From an uncultured Caulobacteraceae bacterium (GTDB lineage: Bacteria > Pseudomonadota > Alphaproteobacteria > Caulobacterales > Caulobacteraceae): 47,849 nucleotides of DNA. Location: the NCBI GenBank assembly GCA_964445605.1, contig CAYULN010000202.1:1-47849 (forward strand), given 5' to 3'. The notes below the pieces were generated by a model. It was not told the origin of the DNA and did no database searches. It saw nothing but the letters and a program-made list of their open reading frames with translations. The position numbers and the translations under genes were made by a program. Of the stretch, positions 27,999 to 38,331 are shown piece after piece. Position 1 is the first letter of the stretch. Each line of letters starts with the position of its first letter.

Positions 27999-28478
27999 CT
28001 AGGCATTGGAAACGTGATCGACCGACAGGTGCCGCTCGTCCATCAGCTGTGTTTTGAGCGTGTCCATCTCGGTGGCCAGGATTCCGGCGCGTTCCGGCGT
28101 CAGGACAGCACGGGCCAGGCGGAAGACGCGCGTCTCCTCCTCCTCGACATGATGCTCGACGGCGTATTTGAGCTCGCCGAACAGCAGCATCCATTTCGGT
28201 GAGGTCAGCCCTTCGTGCGTCAGGTTGTCCAGTAAAGTACGGATCTGGTCGTGATCATGCACCGAATGGCCGACATCCCAGCTTGCGTCCCGCGCCTTCA
28301 CCGCCTCGGTCACGGCGCGGTAGAAGGTGCGCTCCTCGGCTTCGGCGTGGAGCAGCAATTCCGCCTTGATGTCCTCGAACATGCGCTGCTGGACGGACTG
28401 GATATTGAGCGCCAGCAAGGCATCGATCAGGCCGGCGACCTTGCGGTGATCACAGGCCAGGTAGTCAAAAATGTTCAT
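27999..28478 (-). CDS. Hemerythrin (HHE cation-binding) domain protein
   Basis: DH, HAEAEE..FY, H.HD, HHVEEEE motifs; GAGGAG RBS before ATG 28478. Confidence 0.88.
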   Translation of the reverse strand: MNIFDYLACDHRKVAGLIDALLALNIQSVQQRMFEDIKAELLLHAEAEERTFYRAVTEAVKARDASWDVGHSVHDHDQIRTLLDNLTHEGLTSPKWMLLFGELKYAVEHHVEEEETRVFRLARAVLTPERAGILATEMDTLKTQLMDERHLSVDHVSNA

Positions 28479-28652
28479 GGCGACACTCCTCAAGTGGTGC
28501 GCCCCGCCTGAGCAAACAATTGAAAAAGACCGATAATAATTCAATAAGGCTTTGGCGAAGCCACGGTATCGTGAAGCCGGTCAGGCTGGCGAACCGGCGA
28601 CCACGAATGCTCCGGAGCTTCCATGGCCTGAGCACGGCATAATCGGGACAAC

Positions 28653-28681
28653 AATGGCGGCAGTCGGGGACTGCCGCCATT
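28653..28681. terminator. Perfect 13-bp hairpin, possible terminator or stability element
   Basis: AATGGCGGCAGTC-ggg-GACTGCCGCCATT; weak U tracts. Confidence 0.45.
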
Positions 28682-28802
28682 TGCTCTCTTCGACACCATG
28701 CACTGCAAGTAAAGCGCATGCTTTAAGATATGATAGCTAATACGCTTCGCGTGCACGGCAACGTGGGAGGAACCGACAGCAGGTAAGCCGCCGGCAAGCT
28801 AT

Positions 28803-29495
28803 TTATCGGCCGCCCGAAAAACGGCCGCTTTCATCGCGCTGGCGACCGCCACCGCGGCCGGCGGCGCGGGAACCACCCCGGCGATCGTCGTCATAATCGC
28901 CGCGCCGTTCTCCCCAGCCTTTACGGGAGGCTTCGGAATGACCTTCCGGATCGCCGAACCAGCCGCTGTCGCCATGGTCGGAGTTCTGCCAACCGCGCCG
29001 TGAGGCTTCGGAATGGCCTTCCGAATCCCCGAACCAGCCGGAGTCGCCGTGGTCGGGATTCTGCCAGCCGCGGCGCGAGGCCTGACTATGGCCCTGACTG
29101 TCGCCGTACCAGCCGCTGTCGCCGTGATCGGGATTCTGCCAGCCACGGCGCGACGCCTCGGAGTGACCTTCCGGATCGCCGAACCAACCCCCTTGACCTT
29201 CATCCTGCGAATAGCTTTGGGAATTCCGACCGGCGGCCTGGGCGCGTTCGGAACGGACCTGTCCGCCGTCTTGATTGCCTCGGCGTTGATGGTTGTGGTA
29301 GCCGCGCGCGTGGCCATAGGCGTGCCAGTTGCTGTAATCGGCATCGTCGTCGTCCTGAGACCGGCCGCGGCCACCGCCGCTTCGACCGCTGGTGAAGCGG
29401 CCTTCCTCGTCGCGCGGGCGGTCCTGGGCGGCCTGCGACCGCGAACGGCTGCCGCCGCGATAGTCGTCGTCATCCATGTTCGAATTTCTGGGCAT
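28803..29495 (-). CDS. Hydrophilin-like stress protein with 22-aa repeats
   Basis: AAGGAG RBS before ATG 29495; four W(F/Y)GD..GHS.ASR.GW units; RDE.GRF motif at both ends; Gly/Arg/Asp-rich. Confidence 0.85.
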   Translation of the reverse strand: MPRNSNMDDDDYRGGSRSRSQAAQDRPRDEEGRFTSGRSGGGRGRSQDDDDADYSNWHAYGHARGYHNHQRRGNQDGGQVRSERAQAAGRNSQSYSQDEGQGGWFGDPEGHSEASRRGWQNPDHGDSGWYGDSQGHSQASRRGWQNPDHGDSGWFGDSEGHSEASRRGWQNSDHGDSGWFGDPEGHSEASRKGWGERRGDYDDDRRGGSRAAGRGGGRQRDESGRFSGGR

Positions 29496-29834
29496 TAGTG
29501 TTCTCCTTCTCCCATCTTTCACGGGAAATTCATGAACGTTTTCGTTTAAGGAGCGGCCGTCGGCGCAACGTTCGGCTATAATGACCGAACGACCGGAAAG
29601 CCGCGAAAGCCCAGACCGGCAGAACGACCTGCCAGCCTGCGGCCACGGCAACCTAGTAACATTATGATAATATAAGCATACCTCAATTTAGATTATAAAA
29701 TAAATTTATGGGAAATATCTGAAATTTATTATAACTGAAACTGAGGCGAATACTTTTTGGCGAAAATATTTCCACAATACGAATTCTTTCCTTATTTTCA
29801 CTTTACTTCTTTTGAGCCACGCACCTTATGCGGC

Positions 29835-30455
29835 TTATCCTCGTCGATCCGCAGGTTTTGACGCCAAGGCGTCAAAGGCGGCGTAGAAGACTTCGTCGGG
29901 CATCAGTTCGGGGGTCAGGAAGCGCTGGAACAGCAGGCCTTCGATCAGGGCATTGATAACCCGCACCAGCGTTTCCGGCGGCATCGGCAGTTCTTCCGCC
30001 GCCACCATGGACCGGATCCAGTCGGCGCCGACCGCCAAGCCGGCGGCCATCTCGTCACGGAACCGAATGCGGACGGCTTCGTTGCGAAGGACATAAGCCC
30101 GGAAAGTTAGGGCGCCCATCGCCGCCGGCCGGCGCTCGGGAATGGAGTCCAGGACGGCGTCGGCCAGGGCGCGCATCTTCTCGGCAAAGCTGGATTCGGG
30201 TCGAAAGCGCGGCTTGATCGGCGCCCATTGGCGGATGGCCAAAGCCATGAAGAGATCGTCGCGATTCTTGAAGTTGCCATAGATCGCGCCGGTGGTCATG
30301 CCGGCCCGGTCGGCTATGTGCTGCAGGGTCGTGTCTTCGAACCCCTGCTCCCGCGTTACGGCAAGGGCCGCGTCCAGCAACGCGGTGCGGGTGCGTTCAC
30401 GCTTGTCACCCTTGGGTTGGCGTCGCGCGGAGTGAGCGGGCGAGTCTGAAAGCAT
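29835..30455 (-). CDS. TetR/AcrR family transcriptional regulator
   Basis: GFEDTTLQHIADRAGMTTGAIYGNFKNRDDLF HTH. Confidence 0.9.
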   Translation of the reverse strand: MLSDSPAHSARRQPKGDKRERTRTALLDAALAVTREQGFEDTTLQHIADRAGMTTGAIYGNFKNRDDLFMALAIRQWAPIKPRFRPESSFAEKMRALADAVLDSIPERRPAAMGALTFRAYVLRNEAVRIRFRDEMAAGLAVGADWIRSMVAAEELPMPPETLVRVINALIEGLLFQRFLTPELMPDEVFYAAFDALASKPADRRG

Positions 30456-30534
30456 CGAATCAAGCTTACACCCCCTTGTTTTATAATTCATCTATTTTAT
30501 AATATGAATATATTTTTTAAGCAGGAGGCTTAGC

Positions 30535-31755
30535 ATGACCATCCAAGATCCCATCGCCGCTATGATCGAAAGCTATGTCGGTGACGGCGCACTCGCTGGC
30601 GCCGCCACGCTGGTCTGGCGGGATGGCAAGGTCGTGCAAACCGCTATCGCTGGTTGGCGGGATGTCGCCGCTGGACTGCCCATCGAACGCGACACGCTGT
30701 TCCGGATTGCCTCGATGTCGAAGCCGGTCACCTCCGTAGTCGCAATGACCCTGCTGGAAGAAGGCCGCTTCGCCCTGGATGAACCGATCGCGCGTTGGGC
30801 GCCCGAATTCACAGAGATGCGGGTCATCCGATCGCCCGACGGCGCGCTGGACGACACCGATCCTGCCGCGCGTCCCATAACATTCGAGGATTTGCTGACC
30901 CATCGCGCCGGCCTGACCTATGGCGGCGTGCACTCAGGCCCGCTGGCCAAGGCCTATGCGGACGCGCTGGGCGGCGATATCGACAGCGATGTCCCGCCCG
31001 ATGACTGGATTGCCGGGCTGGCCGCTCTCCCCTTGATTGCTCAGCCCGGTGCGCAATTCCATTATAGTTGCGCGACCGACCTGCTGGGGCTCCTGATTGC
31101 GCGGATGGAGGACGCGCCGCTGGGCGAAGTGATGAGACGGCGCCTGTTCGCACCCTTGGGCATGGCTGACACCAACTTCACCGTTCCTGCCGAACAGCGG
31201 CATCGACGCGCCAAGATGTACGGCTTCGACGACGACGGCCGGCTGACCGAATGGCTGGGCGGCCCAGATCGTCCTTTCCGGTCGGAACGGCCGGACGGCA
31301 TGGCATTTCAATCCGGGGGACAAGGTCTGTGGTCGACCCTCGACGACTTCCTGGCCTTTGCGCGCCTGTTCATCGGCGACGGGGCCGTGGACGGCGTACG
31401 TATTTTAAAGCCCGAAACCCTGGCGCTGATGACGTCGAATCGACTCAGCGATGCTCAACGCGGCGCGGCGCGAATTCTCGGCTTTCCGGTGTTCGCCGGC
31501 CATGGCTTCGGGCTGGGTGTCGCCGTCGTAACCGATCCCGAGAAAGCGGCGCCGACGACGTGCAAGGGCGTGGTCGGCACGGTCGGCTGGCCGGGCGCCT
31601 ATGGCGGCTGGTGGCAGGCCGATCCTCAAGCCGGCTCGGTAATGATTTTTTTGGCGCACAATGCCTTCGAGCTGGAACAGTTGTCCAAGGGCGTCGGTCT
31701 GGGCGTTTATGGCGCGATTAGCCGCTTCCATGCGCTGGGATCGGCCCTGGTTTAA
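30535..31755 (+). CDS. Serine hydrolase, beta-lactamase class C/esterase family
   Basis: FRIASMSK (SxxK), LLTHRAG, FHYS, GWPGAYG; AGGAGG RBS. Confidence 0.9.
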   Translation: MTIQDPIAAMIESYVGDGALAGAATLVWRDGKVVQTAIAGWRDVAAGLPIERDTLFRIASMSKPVTSVVAMTLLEEGRFALDEPIARWAPEFTEMRVIRSPDGALDDTDPAARPITFEDLLTHRAGLTYGGVHSGPLAKAYADALGGDIDSDVPPDDWIAGLAALPLIAQPGAQFHYSCATDLLGLLIARMEDAPLGEVMRRRLFAPLGMADTNFTVPAEQRHRRAKMYGFDDDGRLTEWLGGPDRPFRSERPDGMAFQSGGQGLWSTLDDFLAFARLFIGDGAVDGVRILKPETLALMTSNRLSDAQRGAARILGFPVFAGHGFGLGVAVVTDPEKAAPTTCKGVVGTVGWPGAYGGWWQADPQAGSVMIFLAHNAFELEQLSKGVGLGVYGAISRFHALGSALV

Positions 31756-31831
31756 GCATCTTCGCATTGACGTCCGCATCGATTTCTTATTTTTTGTTGC
31801 CGATAGCCTTCAAGGTTCATTGGGGGTTCCG

Positions 31832-33763
31832 ATGCGATGCCACTGTTCTAGAACGAAAAACAACGCACCGACGGCGAACGCGAAGCGCCTGCTCATGGCT
31901 GGCGCCGCCGCGATCCTGTGTGCCTTGCCGATGCCCGGACGCGCCGCCACCGCCGCGCCGCAGGTCGAGGACCTGCAGCGCCTGTCGATCGAGGACCTGG
32001 CCGACCTGCAGGTGACATCGGTGTCGAAGCGGCCCGAAGCGTTGCGCGACACCGCCTCGTCCGTTTATGTGATCACCGCCAGCGACATCCAACGCTCCGG
32101 CGCGACTTCGATCACCGAAGTCCTGCGGCTGGCGCCGAACCTGGAAGTCGCCCGAATCAACGGCTACGCCGCCGCCATCACGGCGCGCGGCTTCAATTCG
32201 CCGGAAACCGCCAACAAATTGCTGGTGCTGATCGACGGCCGCAGCGTCTACGAACCGATCGCCGGCACGGTCATGTGGCAGCAGATCGACGTCGCGCTCG
32301 ACAACATTGACCGGATCGAGGTGATCAGCGGCCCCGGCGGCACCTTGTGGGGCGCCAATGCGGTCAACGGCGTGATCAATATCATCACCAAGGACACGTC
32401 GGAAGCCCAGGGCTTCTATGCGCGAGCCACCATGGGCCTTTACAAGCGCATGGGCACCGTCCGGCTGGGCGGCAATATCGGCCGGCACGCCAGTTTCCGG
32501 GTCTATGCCGACGGTTTCGAACAGAGCGCGACGCAGCCCGTCCTGGCCACCGACACGACCGATGATGGGTTTCGCGGCCAGCACGGCGGCTTTGGCATCG
32601 ATATCGACCGGGGCGCCAGCCGCTATACGATCAAGGGCGATGGCTATGTCAACAAGATTTCCGACGATGGCGGCCGGCTGAAAGGCTACGATGTAGTAGG
32701 CGGCTGGACCCGGACGCTCGACAACGGTTCCATCGTCACCGTACAGGCTTATTTCGACCGCGACATCCGCGACCAGCCGACCCTGCACGAGAACCGCAGC
32801 ACCTTCAATTTCAGCGTCCAGCAGTCGATCGCTTTCCACGACCGGCACCAGTTCGTCTGGGGTGTCGAAGCGCGCTCCTGGAACGAAAACTTCGTTTCCT
32901 TCAATCAGTTCCAGTTCGCCGACCCGAAAGCGACGATCTCGCTGGGCTCGCTCTTCGCCCAGGATGAGATCAGTTTGCGCGACGACCTGAAACTCACACT
33001 GGGGCTCAAGGCCGAGGACAACAGCTATTCGGGGCTCGACTGGCTGCCCAATGTCCGCCTGGCTTGGCAGCGGTCCAACAATCTGATGTGGGCCAGCGTG
33101 TCACGGGCGGTTCGGACGCCCAATCGCATCGAACGCGAACTCGAGGCGCCGGGCATCCTGATCCCTTCACCCAATTTCGACGCGGAAAACCTGACCGCCT
33201 ACGAGGTCGGCTGGCGAAGCCAGTTGTCGGCCAAGGCCAGCCTGTCCCTGGCCGCGTTTTACAACAACTATGACGACCTGCGCACCGACGGATTCCCCTC
33301 TACCGTTTTCCCGATAATCCTGCAGAACGGCGCGAAAGGCACGACGTCCGGCGTGGAAGGCTGGATGATCTATGACGTCCTGCCGAATTGGCGACTCAAT
33401 GCCGGGTTCAACCTGCTCAACAAGCATTTCGAGCTGAAGCCCGGTTTCAACGACCTGACCCAGCTGAGCGTACGCGGCCAGGACCCGCGCTACCAGGCGC
33501 AGGTGCGTTCGGAATGGACGATCCACAAGGTGTTCGACGTCGACGTGTCGCTGCGCACCGTCGGCAAAGTGGATACAGCGCCGGTGCCGGCCTATACCGA
33601 AGCCGGGCTGCATCTCGGCTGGCGGGTCACCAACAAGGTCGAACTGGCCCTGAACGGCTCCAACCTGCTGCACAAGCGGCATATCGAGGTCTGGGACCCG
33701 AGCACGGCGTCGCCGCGCTATATGGGCCGGTCGGTCGTCCTGTCGCTCCGGTACGGGTACTAA
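31832..33763 (+). CDS. TonB-dependent receptor (short; first gene of the receptor-YfiR-kinase operon)
   Basis: LSIEDL..LQVTSVSK, LLVLIDGRSVY, IEVISGPGGTLWGANAVNGVINIITK; start uncertain (31832 or 31895). Confidence 0.9.
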   Translation: MRCHCSRTKNNAPTANAKRLLMAGAAAILCALPMPGRAATAAPQVEDLQRLSIEDLADLQVTSVSKRPEALRDTASSVYVITASDIQRSGATSITEVLRLAPNLEVARINGYAAAITARGFNSPETANKLLVLIDGRSVYEPIAGTVMWQQIDVALDNIDRIEVISGPGGTLWGANAVNGVINIITKDTSEAQGFYARATMGLYKRMGTVRLGGNIGRHASFRVYADGFEQSATQPVLATDTTDDGFRGQHGGFGIDIDRGASRYTIKGDGYVNKISDDGGRLKGYDVVGGWTRTLDNGSIVTVQAYFDRDIRDQPTLHENRSTFNFSVQQSIAFHDRHQFVWGVEARSWNENFVSFNQFQFADPKATISLGSLFAQDEISLRDDLKLTLGLKAEDNSYSGLDWLPNVRLAWQRSNNLMWASVSRAVRTPNRIERELEAPGILIPSPNFDAENLTAYEVGWRSQLSAKASLSLAAFYNNYDDLRTDGFPSTVFPIILQNGAKGTTSGVEGWMIYDVLPNWRLNAGFNLLNKHFELKPGFNDLTQLSVRGQDPRYQAQVRSEWTIHKVFDVDVSLRTVGKVDTAPVPAYTEAGLHLGWRVTNKVELALNGSNLLHKRHIEVWDPSTASPRYMGRSVVLSLRYGY

Positions 33764-33766
33764 GAC

Positions 33767-34360
33767 GTGCTTAGGGGCCGCGACATAGGGCGCTGGCGGG
33801 CCGGTTTTCTCGGGATCGGTTTCCTCGGGATCGGTTTCCTCGGGATTCTGGCCACCACCGCGTTTGTCCCGGCGCCGGGCTTCGCCGACGAATCCCTGGC
33901 CGTGGCCGTCAAGGCTGCGTATCTGTACAAGTTCGCCCCCTTCATCACCTGGCCGGCGCCGCCTTCGCCAACCGCCCCCTTCACTATCTGCGTGGTCGGC
34001 GCCGATCCGTTCGGCGCGCAACTGGACCGCGCCGTAGCCGGCCAGGCCTTCGGCACACGGCCATATCAGGTTGTCCGGCTCGAAGCGATCGCCGCCGATT
34101 CCGTCTGCAACATCGCCTATATCGGCGGTTCGGCCAAGCAATCCGTCGGCGCGGGACTGGATGCAGTCAAGGGCGCGCCCGTACTGACGGTCACCGAAGA
34201 CGGCCCGCGCGCCGGCACGATCAGCTTCAAGATGCAGGCCGGCAAGGTGCGTTTCCGCATCGACCAGGTGGCCGCCAGCCAGGACGGGCTTGCCATCAGC
34301 TCGAAGCTGCTGAGCCTGGCGGTGTCCGTGCGTACGGAGCATGGGACGGTCGAGCCATGA
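33767..34360 (+). CDS. YfiR/DUF4154-family periplasmic protein
   Basis: VKAAYLYKF..F..WP, ICVVG.DPF, VLTV, KVRF.I, L.ISSKLLSLA. Confidence 0.88.
   Translation: MLRGRDIGRWRAGFLGIGFLGIGFLGILATTAFVPAPGFADESLAVAVKAAYLYKFAPFITWPAPPSPTAPFTICVVGADPFGAQLDRAVAGQAFGTRPYQVVRLEAIAADSVCNIAYIGGSAKQSVGAGLDAVKGAPVLTVTEDGPRAGTISFKMQAGKVRFRIDQVAASQDGLAISSKLLSLAVSVRTEHGTVEP
33803..33847 (+). repeat. 15-bp tandem repeat x3 (GFLGI)
   Basis: GGTTTTCTCGGGATC GGTTTCCTCGGGATC GGTTTCCTCGGGATT. Confidence 0.85.
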
Positions 34361-36096
34361 TGCGACTCCGCGCCTTGATCGAACAATACCGTTTCCCACT
34401 GCTGGTCAGTTGCCTGGTGGCCTTGAGCGCCGGCTTTCTGGCCCTAGCCCTGTCGGCCGATGCGACGCATGAACGCCAGGTCGCCCAATCGGCCCAGGTG
34501 CAGGCGCAGATCCTGGCCGATTCGATCTCCGCCGCCCTGGCGTTCGACGACCAGGCAGCCATTACCCAATACACCTCGGCGCTCAGGGCCAATCCGGACG
34601 TCGAGGCCGTCGCCGTTTTCGACGTCCAGGGCAAGCTGATCGCCCAGGTCGGCATCGATGCGACATCGGAACGCTTCCCGGTGGGACGCATCAACGGCGC
34701 ATCCGGGGCGGCGATCGGGATCAGCGCGCCGGTGCTGGAAAACGGCATGAAGCTCGGCCGGGTTTATTTCCGGCAAAGGACCGAAGCCATAGGCTCACGC
34801 ATCCGGCGTTTCGCCGGGGCGGCCCTGCTGCTGTTCGTGGCGGCGCTGCTCCTGACCGTCACCGGCCTGGACGCTCGCGCCCTGAATCGGGCCAACCAGC
34901 GGCTGCAGCAGGAAATGCGCGAACGCGAACGGGCCGAGGCCGGGTTGCGGCAAAGCCAGAAGATGGAGGCGGTCGGCCGACTGACTGGCGGCATCGCGCA
35001 CGATTTCAACAACATGCTGGCGGTCATCCTCGGCAATAACGAACTGCTGCTGCGCAAGTTCCCGGACCTGGACGACAAGGTGCTGAAGTTCATCGCCAAC
35101 ACCCAGGACGCCGCCCGACGCGCCGCTACCCTGACCCAGCGCCTGCTCGCCTTTTCCCGCCGCCAGGCTCTCGACCCGAAAACGGTTGATCCTGCGCATG
35201 TCATCCTCGACCTGTCCGACCTGCTGCGGCGAACCTTGGGCGAAACCGTCGCCGTCCAGATCGTCAACGCCGCCGGACTATGGCCGGTGCGCATCGACGT
35301 CGTCCAGCTGGAAACCGCCCTGGTCAACCTGGCGGTCAATGCCCGGGACGCCATGCCGCAGGGCGGCAAGCTAACCATCGAGTCGTCGAACGTCTATCTC
35401 GACCGGCGCTATACCGATGCGCTCGAGGACGTCACGCCCGGGCAATACGTGCTGATCGCCGTGACCGATACGGGCACCGGCATGCCGGAAGAGGTCGTCG
35501 CCCAGGTCTTCGAGCCGTTCTTCACCACCAAGCCGGTCGGGCAAGGCACCGGCCTGGGCCTCAGCCAGGTGCACGGCTTCGTCAAACAGTCCGGCGGCCA
35601 CGTCGCCATTTACAGCGAGCCGGCGCACGGCACGACGGTCAAACTGTATCTGCCGCGTTCGGCGGAAGACCTGCAGAACGACGCCTCCGACGTCACCCGG
35701 ATCGCCAGCCGCAACCGCAAGAACATCACAGTCCTGTTGGTCGATGACGAGGCCGGCGTGCGCATCTTTGCCGAGGAGGCGCTGGTCGAACTCGGCTACG
35801 ACGTGCTGGTGGCCGAGGATGCCAGCCAGGCCATCCGCGTCGTCAAGGCCGGCGGCGCGCCGGAAATCCTGCTGACCGACGTGGTCATGCCGGGCCGCAG
35901 CGGCCGGGCCCTGGCGGACGATCTGTCGAAGGAGCTGACGGACCTGAAGGTGCTGTACATGACTGGCTACACGCAGAACGCCATTGTGCACAACGGCGTG
36001 CTCGACGCCGGCACGCGGCTGCTGGTCAAGCCGTTCACGCTCGACCAGCTCGGCCGGGAACTGGAAGCCCTGGGCGTGAACCACAGGAGCATCTGA
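34357..36096 (+). CDS. Hybrid sensor histidine kinase/receiver with periplasmic sensor domain
   Basis: Two TM helices flanking an AALAFDD-containing domain; GIAHDFNNML H-box; NARDAM, FEPFFTTK, GTGLGL; receiver LLVDD/LTDVVMP/KPF. Confidence 0.93.
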   Translation: MMRLRALIEQYRFPLLVSCLVALSAGFLALALSADATHERQVAQSAQVQAQILADSISAALAFDDQAAITQYTSALRANPDVEAVAVFDVQGKLIAQVGIDATSERFPVGRINGASGAAIGISAPVLENGMKLGRVYFRQRTEAIGSRIRRFAGAALLLFVAALLLTVTGLDARALNRANQRLQQEMRERERAEAGLRQSQKMEAVGRLTGGIAHDFNNMLAVILGNNELLLRKFPDLDDKVLKFIANTQDAARRAATLTQRLLAFSRRQALDPKTVDPAHVILDLSDLLRRTLGETVAVQIVNAAGLWPVRIDVVQLETALVNLAVNARDAMPQGGKLTIESSNVYLDRRYTDALEDVTPGQYVLIAVTDTGTGMPEEVVAQVFEPFFTTKPVGQGTGLGLSQVHGFVKQSGGHVAIYSEPAHGTTVKLYLPRSAEDLQNDASDVTRIASRNRKNITVLLVDDEAGVRIFAEEALVELGYDVLVAEDASQAIRVVKAGGAPEILLTDVVMPGRSGRALADDLSKELTDLKVLYMTGYTQNAIVHNGVLDAGTRLLVKPFTLDQLGRELEALGVNHRSI

Positions 36097-36282
36097 CGCC
36101 CTCTTACACCCTTTTGACACGGCTGTCGGCTTTCCTGCTTTTTCCCTTAGGCCGGATTTGCGAAGTTTCGTCCCGGTGTCCTGGATGATTCCATTCGAAG
36201 GACACTTGCCGGAGAGACCGCAGGTTATCCCAGTGTGCGGCTCTCCGGCTCGTTTGCCGACATCCTTCGCATGAGGCTCGCC

Positions 36283-38274
36283 ATGCGTTTCCACGACCGC
36301 GCCGATGCCGGACGCCAATTGGCCCGTCAGCTCGGCGCTTTCCGCAATTATCCTGACACGATCATACTGGCCCTGCCGCGCGGCGGCGTGCCGGTGGCCT
36401 TCGAGGTCGCCAAGGCGCTCAACCTGCCGCTCGACGTCTTCCTGGTGCGCAAGCTCGGCCATCCGGGCCAGCCGGAACTGGCCATGGGCGCCATAGCCAG
36501 TGGCGGCCTGCGCGTCATGAATGACGAAGTGCTGAAGACTTGGCCGGTCGATGACGCCGCGATCAACGCCGTCGCCACCCGAGAAGAGGCCGAATTGGTG
36601 CGCCGGGAACACGCCTATCGCGGCGACCGGCCCCTACCCGCCTTGCGCGGCAAGACGGTGATCGTCATCGACGACGGCCTGGCGACCGGCGCCAGCATGG
36701 CGGCGGCGTTGAAGGCGCTGCGACTGGAAAGCCCGAAGGCCCTGATCGCCGCCTTCCCGGTGGCGCCCAAGATCGAAGACAATGAGCTGCCCGATGCCGA
36801 TGAGGTGTTCTGCGTCATGCGGCCCGACCGGTTCAGCAGCGTCGGCCTGTGGTACGAACGGTTCGACCAGACGTCCGACGAGGAAGCCACGGCCCTGCTG
36901 AAAAAGGCCGCCGCCTTCGGGCCACACCGGCACCGGACGCCGGAAGACAGGCTGGCGGAAAAGCTCAACCGGCATGTCACCGCTCTGACCGGCCATGCCG
37001 AGGATTACAACGAATTACTGCTGATGGCGCGGGACGCGCGTTTCGTGCTGATCGGCGAGGCCAGCCACGGCACCGCGGAATTCTACCGCATCCGCGCCGC
37101 CATCACACAAAGGCTGATCGAGGAACAGGGCTTCATGGCAGTGGCGGTCGAGGCCGACTGGCCGGACGCCTTTCGCATCAATCGCTATGTGCGCGGCAAC
37201 AAGCGGATCCTGAGCGCCGACGATGCCCTGGCCGATTTCCGCCGTTTTCCGACCTGGATGTGGCGCAATACCGAGGTGCGTGCCTTCATCGATTGGCTGC
37301 ACGCTCTGAATGAAGCCCGGGCCGAGGAACCGGTCGGCTTTTACGGTCTCGACCTGTATAGCCTCAACAATTCGATGGAGGCGGTCATCGCCTATCTCAA
37401 GACGGTCGATCCGGAAGCGGCCGAACGGGCGCGCCGCCGCTATGGCTGCTTTGAGCCGTTCAGCAATGACCCGCAGCTGTACGGCTACATGACCGCGCGC
37501 GGCCGGGCCGGTTGCGAGGACGCCATCGTCGCCCAGATGCGCGAATTGCAGGCCCGGACCCACGACTTCCTGCAGAAGGACGGTGCGCTGGCCGGCGAGG
37601 AATTCTTCTCGGCCGAACAGAATGCGCGCCTGGTCGCCAACGCCGAGTCCTATTACCGCGCCATGTTCCGTGGTCGGCCGAATTCGTGGAATATCCGCGA
37701 CACCCACATGGCCGATACGCTCGATGAACTGTCCGACTTCCTGACGCACAAACATGGCCGCCCGGCCAAGATCGTCGTCTGGGCGCACAATTCGCATATC
37801 GGCGACGCGCGGGCGACCGATGCCGGCGCGCACGGCGAGGTCAATATCGGCCAATTGACGCGGCAGCGCCATCCGGGCGAGACCCTGCTGATCGGCTTTT
37901 CCACCCATGGCGGCCAGGTCACCGCTGCCCAGGACTGGGATGAGCCGGAGGAAAACCGCCAGGTGCGCCCGGCGCTGGTCGGCAGCATCGAGGACGTCTT
38001 CCACCGCATCGAGGTGCGCGACTTCCTGTTGAACCTACGCGATTCCGACGAGGTGCGCGACCTGCTGGCGCCGCCGCGTCTGGAGCGCTTCATCGGCGTC
38101 ATCTACCGGCCGGACACAGAGCGGCAGAGCCACTATTTCGAGGTGAAGCTGGCCCAGGAATTCGACGCCATCCTGCACCTGGATGTGACCGGCGCACTCA
38201 CGCCACTCGATCCCAGCCCGCACTGGCACGGCCTGGTCCACGCCGCCGAAGAGACCTGGCCGACAGGGCTGTAG
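36283..38274 (+). CDS. Phosphoribosyltransferase-erythromycin esterase fusion protein
   Basis: N-terminal LPRGGVPV, VIDDGLATG; C-terminal IGEASHGT.EFY, VEADWPD, FPTWMWRN, WAHNSH. Confidence 0.9.
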   Translation: MRFHDRADAGRQLARQLGAFRNYPDTIILALPRGGVPVAFEVAKALNLPLDVFLVRKLGHPGQPELAMGAIASGGLRVMNDEVLKTWPVDDAAINAVATREEAELVRREHAYRGDRPLPALRGKTVIVIDDGLATGASMAAALKALRLESPKALIAAFPVAPKIEDNELPDADEVFCVMRPDRFSSVGLWYERFDQTSDEEATALLKKAAAFGPHRHRTPEDRLAEKLNRHVTALTGHAEDYNELLLMARDARFVLIGEASHGTAEFYRIRAAITQRLIEEQGFMAVAVEADWPDAFRINRYVRGNKRILSADDALADFRRFPTWMWRNTEVRAFIDWLHALNEARAEEPVGFYGLDLYSLNNSMEAVIAYLKTVDPEAAERARRRYGCFEPFSNDPQLYGYMTARGRAGCEDAIVAQMRELQARTHDFLQKDGALAGEEFFSAEQNARLVANAESYYRAMFRGRPNSWNIRDTHMADTLDELSDFLTHKHGRPAKIVVWAHNSHIGDARATDAGAHGEVNIGQLTRQRHPGETLLIGFSTHGGQVTAAQDWDEPEENRQVRPALVGSIEDVFHRIEVRDFLLNLRDSDEVRDLLAPPRLERFIGVIYRPDTERQSHYFEVKLAQEFDAILHLDVTGALTPLDPSPHWHGLVHAAEETWPTGL

Positions 38275-38331
38275 GTAATCAAGGAAGTGTTCCACATGGG
38301 ATTTTTATGCCCGGAGCGCTTTATTCCGGCC

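Noticed and set aside
28920-29190. Regularly spaced repeats suggestive of CRISPR
   Set aside because: 66-bp in-frame coding repeats without unique spacers; no cas genes.
29500-29620. General-stress sigma promoter (GGAAC-N16/17-CGTT) upstream of the repeat protein
   Set aside because: Only partial matches with wrong spacing were seen.
30535-31755. Beta-lactam resistance gene
   Set aside because: No signal peptide; motifs fit cytoplasmic family VIII esterases as well.
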